A stretch of DNA of 64,000 bases from Caecitellus pseudoparvulus (lineage: Eukaryota; Protista; Bigyra: Bicosoecida): NCBI GenBank assembly GCA_965644315.1, contig CBFFRQ010000065.1, forward strand, positions 124,001 to 188,000, written 5' to 3'. A program made the position numbers and the translations under genes. Each line of letters starts with the position of its first letter. Position 1 is the stretch's first letter. Below, piece after piece: positions 19,578 through 32,436 of the stretch. Under the pieces are notes generated by a model. It ran no database searches. It worked only from the letters and a program-made list of their open reading frames with translations, and was not told the DNA's origin.

Positions 19578-21748
19578 CTAGTGGTGGAAGAGGCGAGTGC
19601 CCGTGTAGGCCATGGACATGCCGTGCTCCTGCGCTGCTTGGAGCACGGCAGCGTCTCCCACACTCCCGCCTGGCTGAACAACACTGCTCACTCCGAACCG
19701 GGCTGCTGTGTCAATGCCATCCCTGAAAGGAAAGAAAGCATCAGAGGCCAAAGTCACGCCCTGAAGCTGTTGCATCCACTCTACCTTTTCGGCGGCAGTG
19801 AGTTGGTCGGGCTCTGCGTCGAAGTGCTGCGACCATGCAGCTCTTTCGACTTCAGTCATACCCCCTTCGATGTATCGCACTCGGGCATTCACTCTAGCCT
19901 GACGCTTGACGCCTGCCTTGAATGGGAGCGCACGCACACGCGGGTGCTGCCGCATCCACCACGTCGCAACCTTCTGCCCAGCCAACTTTACGCAATCGAC
20001 CCTGCTTTGCTGGCCAGCCCCCACGCCAACCATCTGGCCTCCAAGAGCAAAGCCCACTGAGTTTGACTGGGTGTACTTGACCGTGATGTTTGCGACGAGC
20101 GCATCCAACAGCGCCTGCCCATCCAAGGGAGGGCCGCTCACAGCGCCAGCCCGAAGCATTGACGCAGAAATGGGCTGCGTGTTCCGGCGCTGGCACAAGG
20201 CAACTCCAAACACCTCCCGCCACTCCTCGGCAGGGGCGTCATAGTCTGGGTCCATGGCAATCATGATGTAGCCGCCCTGCTTCTTGGAGCGCAGCAGCGC
20301 AAGAGCTTCCGGGGTGAAACCTGGCGCGATGATGCCGTCGGACACTTCGGGCTTCAACACCCGAGCGGTAGCTTCGTCCACGACATGGCTAACCGCCACA
20401 AAGTCACCAAAGGAACACAGTGGATCGCACTGCCTCGCTCGTATGTATGCTGCTGCCAGCGGGGTCATATGCTCCTCCTGGCTGGAGGTGACACCGTACA
20501 CCTCAGACAGGTGGCGCTCCAGCGGAACTCCGAGGGCGGCTCCAGCAGGGGACACGTGTTTAAATGATGCAGCTGCGGGGAGGCAAGCCCCATGTACTTC
20601 TTCGCTGGCGTGTGCAAGCTCCTTCACCAGCTGCCACGCGTTCAGCGCATCCAACAGGTTGATGTAGCCTGGCGCGCCGTTCTCTACTGAGTATGGCAGC
20701 CCAGCTCCTAGCCCCACTTGGACGGCCGATGGACTGTCAAACTTGTCTGGGATGGCTGTAGGTGGTGTCGTGTTGGGGAGGGTTGCCACCGCTGCTGGCT
20801 TCTGGTGGGGGTTGTTGCCGTACTTCAGTGAGTGCTGCTTCACGTACACCCTTGTGGAGGTGCTTGGCACCTCGCAAGCTCCTGCTGCTCCACCAGCCAG
20901 CCAAGACGCGACATGGCCGTCGTACTGACTCAACAAGGAGAACGTGGCCGCTGCCATAGCTTGCCGAAAGGGTGCATCGGTGACAGCCTCCCCGCTCGTG
21001 CTGCTGGTCTCTTCAATGTGGCGAAGGAAGGCCTCATACAAGCGAGGCGATGGCAACGCCAGCACATGCGCGTGATTTTTAGCTGCCGCACGAAGCATCG
21101 TAGGGCCTCCCACGTCGATGTTTTCCACGATAGTGGCAGGGTCACTCGAAAACTGAGGTGAGAGCGCCCTGGAAGTGAAGGTGACTTGTGAGTGCCTGTC
21201 GCAAGCCTAGCTTACCTGCCGCACGGCTTGCTCGAAGGGATACAAGTTGGCAATGACACAGTCGATCCCAAGAGGGTCGGAAAATGCCTCTGGTAGCGTA
21301 TTTCGAAGGTCCTCTTCTGCAGAAGTGGCGCAGGGAATGCAGCTCTTGCTGGTACAGGCTGCACGATTCCTCTCACCGTGCCCAGCATTCCCCCGAACTG
21401 CCAGCAAGCTCCCATGAACTGCTGGGTGAAGCGTTTTTACGCGGCCATCCAAAATTTGCTGCGTTCCTGTCAGCTCCTCGACGTCCACGACCTGCCAGCG
21501 GAACGCAGCCTGTGTTAGCACACTTTGGCGGGACCATCCGCGATGCGGAATTCACTCACCGGCACCCCTGCATCTCGAAGAGTTGCAGCAGTCCCACCCG
21601 TCGAAACAATCTCCACATCGAGCGCAACCAGGTTCTTAACGACATCTGTCACGCCACCTTTGTCGAAAACTGACACCAGCGCCCTCCTTATGGGAACAAG
21701 CCCTCCAGCGGCGCCCTGGACACTTCGCAGCACCGTTTGAGCTGCCAT
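19578..21748 (-). CDS. ATIC: Bifunctional AICAR transformylase/IMP cyclohydrolase, spliced
   Basis: [101 protein letters not shown], terminal RLFHH. Confidence 0.97.
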
Positions 21749-22086
21749 GCCGCACACAAACACCTTTGTCGGGCTTGAAGATTGAGACTGCGCTGGACAG
21801 ATGCCGGTTGTCTGGTCTGCATTTGCTGTGGCAATGGTAGTGTGGGGGTGGATAAGCAATTTGTTTCGTTGTAAACAGTCGACCTTGTCAGAACAGTTAG
21901 AGGGTAGCGCAGCATGCCGGGGCACCGCTTTGCGTGGCCGGAGGCTCACCGGCCATGCAGTCCTCGACCCCGTTCACTTTTCATTGCGCGCCCAAAGAGT
22001 AGCAGCAACTGCAAGCAGTTGCCTTGCAACTCCGACCCATTGCTGTTGTTTGGAAAGCCTGGGCTTCCTGTAGGGCGCACGGAGCC

Positions 22087-23962
22087 ATGTCGCTTCTTGG
22101 TGGAGCCCAAAGCGGCGGCTTGCTCGGAGGCGGGCAGACCACGGGAGGATTGCTCGGAGGCGGGCAGACCACAGGTGGTTTGCTTGGCGGTGGGCAGACC
22201 ACAGGTGGTTTGCTTGGCGGTGGGCAGACCACGGGAGGATTGCTCGGAGGCGGGCAAACGAGCGGCGGCTTGCTTGGAGGCGGGCAAACGAGCGGCGGCC
22301 TGCTTGGAGGCGGTCAGACCAGTGGCGGCCTGCTGGGTGGCGCACAGGGTGGGGGAGGTCTTCTGGGTGGACAGGCTGGTGCACAAGCATCGCACAAGGT
22401 TTCGATAGGAACTCAAAAGGTGGAGGCATTGCAGGGGGGTGCGGCAGAGAAGTTGTCTCGCATGAAGTATGTCTGCGCTTGTGCGCGATTTCCGCAGTTG
22501 GCATGGTTCCGCAACGGCTGCCCCTCGCCTGCTTGCTCGCAGCATTGACATCTTCACACAGGAAGAATCCATGCAAGCAGTCCAAGACTGGATGCCAACT
22601 GGTGCATCCTACGTGAGAAGCCGGCTGCGGGCGTTGCGCGAGATTGAGACTGTACGTTCAGCATTTGCACTGTGGCAGTGCGCTGCATTCTCACTTTGCG
22701 ACTTTTCTCGAGTACAGGAGCTGCAGTGCATAAAGAATCACTTGCAAGGGGTGAAGTGGTCTGCTGAACACCTCAACAAGGCAGTGCGCGAGGACGTCCG
22801 GGCTGTCCACAGGGCTGTCGCAGAAACCAGGCGGGGCCGAGACCAAGTGTCCACCCGTTGGCACGAACGCCAACCAAGTGAAGTTATCCTGAGCTTTTCC
22901 CAACGCAGTGAAGCTGCTGTTGCTGCCCTCACCAAGCAGCTGGAGGAGGCTGAGCAGGTGGTGCTGAGCAACGCAAGTCACATGACTGGTGGTCCAAGTG
23001 GCCATGTTGAGAGCAAAGCTGCTATAGAGGACCCCTTGGCGACTGTGCGGTCGGTCCTGCTTGCTCAGCAGCAAGCATTGCAGATGCTTGCCCAGGGTAA
23101 AGTGGCAAAGGCTCACGAGGCAGTCAGCATGCAAAAAACGCGGGCTTTGACGTGGATGAACCATGGGCGTCCTCCCCCCCCCGGGTCCAGGTCATCCGGT
23201 CAAGGCATGGGGTACGCTGACACAGCCCTGCCTTCCCAGCCTTCCGTTTACGGTGCCACCAGCATTCGTATTGGTAATGCGGTCGTGACTGATCACACAG
23301 ACACGTCAGCTCGATACTGGACTGGCCCTGGTGTTGAATCAGACTCAAGCGCTGCTGGCTACATCGATCCCTTTCGGCAGCACCAGCGAGATGTACTCAG
23401 GAGGGAGAGTGAACGACGCAGGGCGCGTGCACGGGCTGTGCGGGATGTTGTTGCTCCTGCTGCAACTCAGGCGGCCGGGACGAGCTTGGGGGGTGCATCA
23501 GGCACTGCCAGTGGGTCATTGCTTGGAGGCGGACAGACTAGTGGCGGCCTGCTTGGTGGCGGGCAGACCAGTGGCGGCCTGCTTGGTGGCGGGCAGACCA
23601 GTGGCGGGCTGCTTGGTGGCGGGCAGACCAGTGGCGGGCTGCTGGGTGGCGGTCAGACCAGTGGCGGGCTGCTGGGTGGCGGGCAGACCAGTGGCGGGCT
23701 GCTTGGTGGCGGGCAGACCAGTGGCGGGCTGCTTGGTGGCGGGCAGACCAGTGGCGGGCTGCTTGGAGGCGGGCAGACCAGTGGCGGGCTGCTTGGAGGC
23801 GGGCAGACCAGTGGCGGGCTGCTTGGTGGTGGGCAGGGCACTGGCCTTGGAGTGAACACTGGTGTCCAGCAGTCCCTTTCTGGTGGCTTCCCTGTCAGTG
23901 CTTCCCCAAGCATTTCTCGCGGAGCAGGCCGCAGCAATGGGCGACGAGGGAGACGCTCGTAA
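22087..23962 (+). CDS. Nup58/Nup49-like central-channel nucleoporin with GLLG (not GLFG) repeats on both sides of a coiled coil
   Basis: Repeat-coiled coil-repeat layout. An intron near 22467-22543 joins ORF 22024 to ORF 22469 in phase. PSEVIL...LTKQLEEAEQVV, HEAVSMQK, DPFRQ..R and a basic C-terminal tip (RRGRRS) resemble plant/protist Nup58 as recalled. Confidence 0.65.
22111..22370 (+). repeat. 30-bp coding tandem repeat (GGLLGGGQT[T/S]), 7 full units plus degenerate ones
   Basis: Directly visible, with synonymous variation between units. Confidence 0.95.
23519..23838 (+). repeat. 30-bp coding tandem repeat (GGLLGGGQTS), about 11 units
   Basis: Lines 23521-23820 each contain two near-identical 30-nt units. 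Confidence 0.97.
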
Positions 23963-23976
23963 ATGCATTGGCAGCC

Positions 23977-26900
23977 TTAGTGTAAATGGAACCAGGCATT
24001 GCGAGCCTTGACTGCATGGCGGCGTAGCGCTCTGTGAGGGTCATCCAGGCAAGCTGAGAGGGCAGCAAGCACCACGGCACGGAGGGGGAACACTGAGCTG
24101 TGCGACAATGCTGCACAGCTGGCAATGGAACCAAGTGCTAGCGCCCTGACGGCAGGGAAGGGGCTTTGCTCGGGGTTCGCAAGGTGCAGGAGCCTTGGCA
24201 GCAGGGTGGAAACACACCCCTCAACCAAAGAAGGTTGCAAGCGAAGGACCGTGTGAAACACAGCCACAGCAGCTGACTGCAGTCGATGAGAGGCAGAGGG
24301 GCAGGGAGGCGCTGCAGGGACAGCCACGGGTGAGTAGGGCAGCCTTGGAGGTAGCTGCAGCTTGCCGGACGGGCACAGGGCATGCAGAAGGAGCGGCTGC
24401 AGGGATGAGAATGTGGTGGCCATGCTGCTGCTAGGAAGCTCAGGCAAGATGCAGCAAACGGCAAGCTGCACAGGTAAAGGGGTGTCTGCAGGGGAAGTGC
24501 CACTGGACACCTTGGGGAGGAGGGGCGTCAAGTGCCGCATGATGAGGGAAAAGAGTTTCTGCTTGTACAGCTGACGCACCACAGCCCCCCGACTTTGACT
24601 CAGAACCGGAGTATCGCACACAAGAAGGCCAAGAGCTTCTGCGGCAGCCTCTGCGAGGTGTAGTTTCGGGCCGGTTACCCACTGCAGCAGCTGTTGTGTC
24701 ATTGAAACAGCTGCTTTGTGTCCGGCAGATGCGAGGGCCTTGCAAACCCAAGTGAAAGCTTCCACAGCACGCTGTGCCTCAGACAGGCTCGTGGAGCCTC
24801 CAGCAGAAGACGCTGTACCTCCAGCTACCACCCGCCCAACAGCTGCTGTCGTCAGCTCTGCAATTGCCCCTCCCTCAGCTCGAAGCACTGCCGCGTCGCT
24901 ACCGAAGTTGACGCAACATGCAAGAGCATGAACAGCCGCTGGGTCTCTGTCGCTTGAGCCCAGAATCAAGTTAAGGAGGCTCTCGATGACTGGAAGGGTC
25001 GCAGCGGGGGTGCACAGCATGCTGGTTGCCTTCTCTTGGCGTCCTTGCAATGCAAGCAGGAGAACACGCGGCTGGAGCTGAGCTGCCTGTTTCCCAGCCA
25101 GTGCGCCAGTCGTGCAAGGGCCGCACGGCAACGAGGGCGCTTCGCCAGCCCCAAACAAGATACGCGCAGCACACTGAGAGACCTTGCAAGCCGATTCAGG
25201 TGAGCATTTCAGCAACAGCTGGTGCAGCGCGTTCTTTGTCACAGTGTGAAGAAGCGGCTGAATGCGGGGCCCGACGAGGACCAACTCCACGACGATCGGG
25301 ATCAACCCTCGCTGTCCATCAGTGGAACCCATGCAAATATGGTCCACTACCCCCATTTGCCCGCATCGGTGAGCCGAAGTGGCTGCACAATGAAGGAGGG
25401 CAGTCGAAAGTGTAGTTGGTGACGCGTCAGTGGAGCACGTCGCTGACCCCGGAAGCAAGCACGGTGCAAGCGTTTCAGACGAAAAGTTCGTTCGAGACCT
25501 CTGAAGATGCCATGAAGGGTCCATGCACATGGCAAGCAGCGCCGGTGCAACTTGCTCGGCCACTTGAGGAAGACAGGACAAGTGTGTCAAAGCATGCAGC
25601 GCACGCACAACTCGCAGGCCCTCACAGGTGGGCCCAGTGAAGCCAATTTCAACTTCCCTCAGTATTGAGGGAATCACACTTTCCACGAGACACTGCAGCA
25701 GTGCAGGCCGGGCTCCTAATGCCGCCAAGCAGGCCAGGCACACGTGTCTCACCGATGCATCCTGATCATGCAGCACGCAGTGCTGCAGAGTATCAATGAT
25801 GGAGGTCACATCTTCATCAGGCACCAAAGGCATTGGTGGCCTTGCAATTAAGTATGTCAAACCTGTTGCAGCAGTCCCTCGCCGCTCTGCAACTGCACCG
25901 CCAACGCCAACTGTTGAAAGCGGCTGTGCAGGCAGTCGTGCGCTGCCCGACACCCCCCCAGGAGACGCAAAAGCAGCAGCGGCCGACGCACTCTGAGCTG
26001 GCATGGGGGCTGGGGGTGGTATGCTTCCACTCAGCTTCCCTCGCACCGCGGCATCGGAACGCAGCGTCCCGAGCATGAGAGCCAGCATGCCGGGTGCGAA
26101 AGGTGACATGGGGTGCCCCTCCGAGCCAAAGGCAAAGTGAGGATTCACACTCTTCGCGAGATCTGTCATGCCTTTGAGGCATGCAGTGGTCGTTATGGCG
26201 GTCGGGCTGTCACGCGCTGCACTGAGCAAGACTGGGCAGGCCGCGTTGTACACCTCGGCAGCACATCGAGGGCCACTGCGGGCGAGGGCGACGAGCACCT
26301 GAATGGACCGACGACCTGCAAGACTATCAGGGGCCTTCTGCAGTTCCCCCCTGCAGGTTTGCAAGAAAGGGACCACGAAGGATTGCCAGGCAGTGCCAGC
26401 TGAAGGGTGCGCACTGTCCGTGAACGCCGAAACGGCAGCTGCAACACGGGTGAGGGCATGGTGCAGGGCCGGCTCGACAGACTCATCTTGACAGTGCTCC
26501 AGCTCATTTGACAGGGCAGCTTGCAACATGGGAAGGTGGTCGAAGAGTCCCTCGGGCTCGGCTGCTGGGTCGCTGCCCATACCAGGGCGTGTCCGCTTCG
26601 CTGCAGGTTGGCTCAGAGGGACACCAGCAACAGCAGGGGGAACCACGACTCCGTAGCGGTCCGCAGCTAAGGCTAGGGTGGCAAGGGCGTCCTTTTTTGC
26701 ACTAGCCAGCGTGGATGACAGCTTCTCCAGCAACAGCGGCACCAACATGTCAGCGCAGTGATGGCTGGCAATAAGCGCTCGGTTTAGTGCGGCAACGAGG
26801 ATGTCTCGCGTGATGCCATGGGGATCATCGGGATGTGGTGTGAAAGCAATGGGGAAATAACACGATGTCACGTCGAACAGGGCATCAGCAAGTGGCGCGA

Positions 26901-27611
26901 CGGCTTCTGGGAACCGCTCTTGCACTGCCGCGGCAACGTGAAGCGCGGCTAGCAGAGCGCGCGGATCCTTCTCGCCGTCCATCTGGCCGATGAAGCCCCC
27001 CACAAACTCCAAAGCCAGCTGTCCCTGTGCTAGCTCTTCTGCGGGCCCGCCCTCCACGATGCAGGCCATAAGCTGGTAGGCAAGGAGTCGAAGGGAGGCG
27101 TCCATGGCTTGGGCTCGCACGTGCTGCATAAGAGCCCGAAACACCAGCACTGCGGGCCCGCAGGGAAGGGCCTCTTGCACGGCATGCTGTTTCAGGGTTG
27201 CATAGTGCTGCTGTAACATAAACGTGAGCGCACGCAGTGCAGGCTTGATGGAGGGTAGGTCCTCCACCCTGCCGCAGAAGAAAGTGAGCAGCGTCCAAGC
27301 TTGCTTGGGCGGCAACGCCGATCCTCGCAGTCGAGTCTCCATGGCCACTAGAATAACATCACATGCGCGTGCTCGGACGGGACCCGTGGGGTCTGTCAAG
27401 TACACGCCAAGGTCTTTCACAAGCGCAAGCATGTCGATCTGCGAGGCCAGGCGGAGCTACGTGGCGAACACTGGCACTGACCATCCCGACGGCTGCCCGA
27501 GCTCACGGTGGGAGGCATAAAGGCAACGATACTGGAGAAACTTTGTGCGCCATCCTCAGCCGAAATGCGCGTGCAGTACTCCTGAACATAGTCGGCGAGC
27601 TGTGCATCCAT
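23977..27611 (-). CDS. MMS19: MMS19 (CIA Fe-S targeting complex HEAT-repeat scaffold), with a 5' intron
   Basis: LGVYLTDP...RARA; MDGEKDPRALL; LFDVTSCYFPIAFTP..DDPHGITR; PLLLEKLSS; LYKQKLF; C-terminal LDDPHRALRRHAVKARNAW. Start at 27611 (MDAQLADYV) is inferred. Confidence 0.92.
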
Positions 27612-28606
27612 CTGGAGTAGCTGCGGAATTCGATACAAGCCAAACCTCGCCACGCACTCTGGCCACGCGCTCAAAAAGGGTGACACAAAAGAGCACGCAG
27701 AGGGCCTGTCGAGCACCATTTGATGCTGGTGTACTGAACAGTTAGTAAGAAATTGACGATTCTGTCACTCCACAAAGGGGCGGATCTCGCGTGCCCAGTC
27801 CTCCACCTCTCGCTCCTCCAGTCGTGAATGAAGGCGCAGTTCGATTTCGCTGAACCAGCGAACAAGACAACACAAGTACCGCACCAATAAGCACCCAGGC
27901 TCTTCTTCAGTGTCCTGTGCCGCGGATCAGGGCGCGTGCCGAGGGGAAGTACGTTGAAGAATGTCTGCCGCTCCTCCTCCAACGCTTCCATTCTTCCTGA
28001 GTAGAAGTGCCAAGCGGCACCTCAGCGCTGCAGTGCTCAGCATGTCTTGAGAAGCTCAGTGAATACTCTCACTACTCCTGGTATGGTCTGACGCAAGGTG
28101 TTCGAGCCATCCTACAAGTTCAGACCGCACCGGCGCTGCAAGTGTGGGCCACAACCGGTGCGTGTCGAAACCTACTTCCAAGTGCACCCTGTCGCAACCA
28201 GTCGATTTCTGTAGGCAGCCGTGTGGATGCATGAGCGCATGGCGCCTCTCCCGTGTGGGCGCGTCTGAGATTCCCAGCGCATTTGCCATCACCAAGCAGG
28301 TCAGGCCGAGTCCCATGGTTTGAAGTGTGATTTCGGGTATGTCGCCCCGTCTGTGCCACGTGGGGTCAGCAGACGCGCCAGGAGGGCCAGCAGCATCGGA
28401 TGCAGGGGGGTCAAGGTACCCCTCCTCCCTAGCCCCCCTGTAGCTATGAAGCTTCGGAAGCCTTTGGCTCTGCCACACTTGAACCTACACGTCAAACTCC
28501 GAACACCCCCGTACCACTCCACTCATGAAAATAAACATTAATGTTCCACATACACAAGCTATTCGAGTCCCCTTTCTACCCACTCGCCCTCTGTAGAGCT
28601 GTCAGC

Positions 28607-29875
28607 ATGGCCGGAGCAGCTTCAGGTGAGGTGTGGTGTTTCCGGAAGCGCGTTTCGCCACAGTCGCACTGCGCGTCACCAATCAGTGCTCGCTTGCCGT
28701 GCCGCACGGGGATACGAAGCCACTTACTTTGCATGTCCTGATGATGTTGTGCCTTTCTTTTTGCGTTGATGGAGTGCCACCTGCTCCTGTGCCTTGCAGC
28801 GCACTTGCACGCTGGGAGCTCGTGTGACGTTTGAGAGGGGCATCCTTCCAGAAGTGACGCGTGTCCACGTCACTGTGCAAGCGCGGGCCTGAAGCCCGCA
28901 TCTTCACTGGATCCGCGCCCCCTGCCATGCACAGAGAAGAAGATCATTGCCGTGTTCGGTGCCACGGGTGCCCAGGGTGGTGGCCTCGTGGATGCAATCT
29001 TGGCAGCGCCAGAGGCTGGTTTCACAGTGCGCGCATTGACCCGGGACCCGACCAGTGACAAGGCCAAAGCCCTGGAAGCACGCGGGGCTCAAGTGGCTGC
29101 TGTCGATCTGGATGACCCTTCCAGCATCGCAGCTGCCCTGGATGGTGTGTACGGTGCATTCGTGGTGACGTTCTTCTGGGCGCACATGGACCCGGCAAAG
29201 GAGACCGCCCATGCTACTGCGGTGGCGGAGGCTGCTAAGGCAGCTGGTGTGCAGCACGTAGTGTGGTCTACGCTTGAGGACACTCGCAAGTGGGTGCCTC
29301 TGGGGGATGACCGCATGCCCACACTGCAAGGCAAGTACAAGGTGCCGCACCTGGACAGCAAAGGTGAGGCAGACGCTGCTTTTGTCGAGAGCGGCGTGCC
29401 TACCACCTTCCTGTACGCTGCTTTCTACTGGGACAACGCCATCATGTTTGGCATGGCTCCCCGCAAGAACGAAGACGGCTCATACACGCTGGCTCTGCCG
29501 ATCGGGGACAAGGCGCTCCCAGGCGTCGCTGCCTCGGACATTGGTGCCGTGGCGTTCGGCATCTTCAAGGGCGGCGAGAAGTACCATGGAAAGCAAGTTG
29601 GCGCTTCTGGAGAGCATCTAACGGGTGAGCAGATGGCAGCGACGTACGCGAAGGTGTTCGGGGTGGAGGTGACCTACTCTCACTTGCCCTTCGACGTGTA
29701 CCGTGGGCTGGGTTTCCCTGGTGCTGAGGACCTGGGGAACATGTTCCAGTTCTTCCATGACTTCTCGGACGTGCATGCGGGGCTGAGGGCAGTGAAAGAT
29801 TCTGAGGAGGCACATCCAGGCATGCAGACGCTTGAGGCGTGGCTGGTAGCAAACAAGGATTCGATTCCAATGTAG
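28607..29875 (+). CDS. NmrA/HSCARG-family atypical SDR (NADPH sensor-like), one 5' intron
   Basis: MAGAAS|EKKIIAVFGATGAQGG (Rossmann), VRALTRDP, GVYGAFVVTFFW, HVVWSTL, VPHLDSKGE, GFPGAEDLGNMFQF. Confidence 0.93.
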
Positions 29876-30231
29876 AGTCTGCCAAGGGCATTGGCAGCCG
29901 TCCGGCGTTCGCAATGAACTTTAGCATGCGGAGCGATCATGAGCTGTACGTGAAATAAGGTATTGCTGTCCTCCCACGGGTCGCACCAGCAGTGGCATCT
30001 GTGGGTGGAGGGCATGGTCATGTGGCGCCGTTCACCAGCCGAGGCACCGCGAAGCTGATATCCCTTTATGTGCAGTGCGTGTGCAATGCACCAAGCGTCT
30101 CAGAACTGAATGTGCTGCAAGAATGCTAAGTGACATGATGCACTGCACGAGCCAAAGCAAGGCGTCCAGTCTGCTGTCCTCTGTTGGCAGCCAGCGGGTG
30201 CACCAGTGTTTCATTTCGTTCACCGAGTGCC

Positions 30232-31757
30232 ATGGCAGCGCAGTGTGCTGTTATTGACAGCAGCGCTGGCGGCGCCAGCGACAAGGCAACTCAGTATTGC
30301 TCTCTTTTCGACGAGTTGTCGAGTGCCCATCTCAGCGGTGCATCCAGCGACTCTCTCAGTGCCATTGGCGAAGTGACGAAGCACGGTACGTTTGGCGTGG
30401 TGGTGCGGATTTCCACACCTCCATCGTTTTCTCAGAGCTCTGCCTGTTTGTGGTCCTCACCCCCTCAACCCACCCTCTTCACACAGTTGTGGATGCTAGC
30501 TTTCAAGTGTCCCGGCCGGTTCGTTAAGCGAGGCTTGTCTTCGCGCAGCACCGTGCCACCACCCCCGGATCCTCCGCAGGTGCTGGAGCACGTTTCGTCT
30601 TGGGTGAAGACTTCCATGGAGAAAGCTTCCAGTGAGGGGCAGGGGGACAGGGTTGAAGCACTGATCAAACTCGCGGAGGTGGTCGTTCGTGAGCTGGGGT
30701 CCCGGCAGTCCTCGTTCTTGGCGGCAGACTACTCCTTGCGAGAAGCTCTGTACGCTGGCTACGTTCATGTGGACAGCTCAGTGCAGGCTGCCTCGACTCT
30801 TGCGTGCGTGGGAAAGGGCCCTAGCGTGGGCAGCATTGCGGGTATATGTCATCACGCTTGCCATGGCGCTCCCTTCGCAGTGGCATGGACATCGAGGCTG
30901 TGGCGACTGCTGTGGGCATGGCAGATACAACCAAGGCCCTGGTGTACGTGCGCATTGCGCAGAATTACTTGCGAGCAGGGGATGACTACCACGCTGACGA
31001 GTTCATCCGGAAAGCCAACAGTGCGGGTGTGATGGAGTGCGGTGACCCCATGGTGGAGGTGCAGTTTCAAGTCTGCATGGGCTTTGTCCAGGATGCCCGG
31101 CGCAACTATGCGCAGGCTGCGGTCTGGTTCCACCGTGTGTCTACGGTGCAGCACGAAGGCGTGGATGCCTCTGAGTTAGAGACTCTTCTGCAACAAGCCA
31201 CAGTCAGTGCAGTGCTGTCCCCCCCCGGGCCAAGCCGGACCCGCATCCTCGACGTGGTCATGCGCGATGCCCGCACTGCGAGCCTGCCCACAGCCAGCAT
31301 GGTGGCAAAGATGCACAAGGGGCACTTTATCACAGCTGCGGACATCTCCAGCTTCAGTGAATTGCTCAAGTCTGAGCCAGCTAAGCTGGCGCCGGATGCA
31401 GATGGACTCAACGACGTGCAGAAAGCGGCGCGGCTTCACAACTTGGCAGCCGTGGCACGGGTGTACCGCAACATTTCCTTTGAGTCCCTCGGGCGGCTCC
31501 TTGGCGTGAGCGCCGAGGACGCGGAGGACCTGGCAGCACGCATGATCATGGAGGACCGCCTTGCCGGCACTATCGACCAAGAGTCAGGCACGCTGGAGTT
31601 TGCAAAGAGCGCCGATCCACTGCACACTTGGGATGCTCGTCTCACGGCTGCGACTGGTCACCTCAGCAGCGTCTCCGAGCGAATTGCAAGCAAGCATCCG
31701 TCTCTGGCTGAAGAGGCAGTGCACCGGGCAGCTTCGACAGACCCCACTCTTGAGTGA
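30232..31757 (+). CDS. CSN4: COP9 signalosome subunit 4 (PCI domain), spliced
   Basis: RQSSF...LREAL; YVRIAQNYL..DD; AVLSPPGPSRTRIL...RDAR; HNLAAVARVYRNISFESLGRLL...AEDLAARMIMEDRLAGTIDQ; HTWD. Confidence 0.9.
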
Positions 31758-31798
31758 AGCCTGTTGGTACGGCGAAGCAATGTACCCCGTGTCCTCGC

Positions 31799-32436
31799 TC
31801 ACTCTTGCGCTGTGGGAGAGGCGGCGTCCAGCGACTCCCCGAGCAGCTGAGCAACTCGCGCCATGATCGGGTCTTTGGCGGGGTCATAGGGACTCTCCTT
31901 GCTCGGTATCTCCAACACCGTCACATGGGTCTTCGGACCCTCACTTGAAGTGCTCAGTTCAGCTCCTGTGCCAACTGAGGAAAGAGCAAGGACACCGATG
32001 ATGCGGCGCTGCATGCGCGCCAAATGGAAGCCACTTACTCGCTCCTGAGGCCAGCATGACATGACGAATGTCATCTGCAATAGACTGGTTGATGAGGAGC
32101 AGTCCAATGTCATGCCGGTTGACGAAATTCGTGAACGTCTCCTCAATGTCCGTGCGCTTGGTCTCTGCACCAGGCAACGCAAGCGTAGCTGTGCGGCGGG
32201 TGCAGCCAGGGCTGGGGCGCTTTAGAGACGCACTAGCATCGACAACCATGAAATTCTTCTGATCATCCAGCGTGCAACCAATGCCTGCCAGCAAGAGCCC
32301 TGTCACAGTGTCCTGCACGTGCGGCGCATCAGTGTGGCGGGCGCGTGCGGAATTCGAGGGTGAAGCCGGTCCTCACTTCATCGCCAATCACGGCGATCAG
32401 CTTGTGCTCATCACCGAATGACCCATCAAATGCCAT
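31799..32436 (-). CDS. ATP6V1F: V-type ATPase subunit F, spliced
   Basis: KLIAVIGDE|[12 protein letters not shown]; NFMVVD; [27 protein letters not shown]; [18 protein letters not shown]. Confidence 0.95.

Noticed and set aside
23519-23838. 30-bp periodic repeats as a CRISPR array
   Set aside because: The units are contiguous with no unique spacers, vary at synonymous positions and encode in-frame GLLG repeats. The context is eukaryotic and there are no cas genes.
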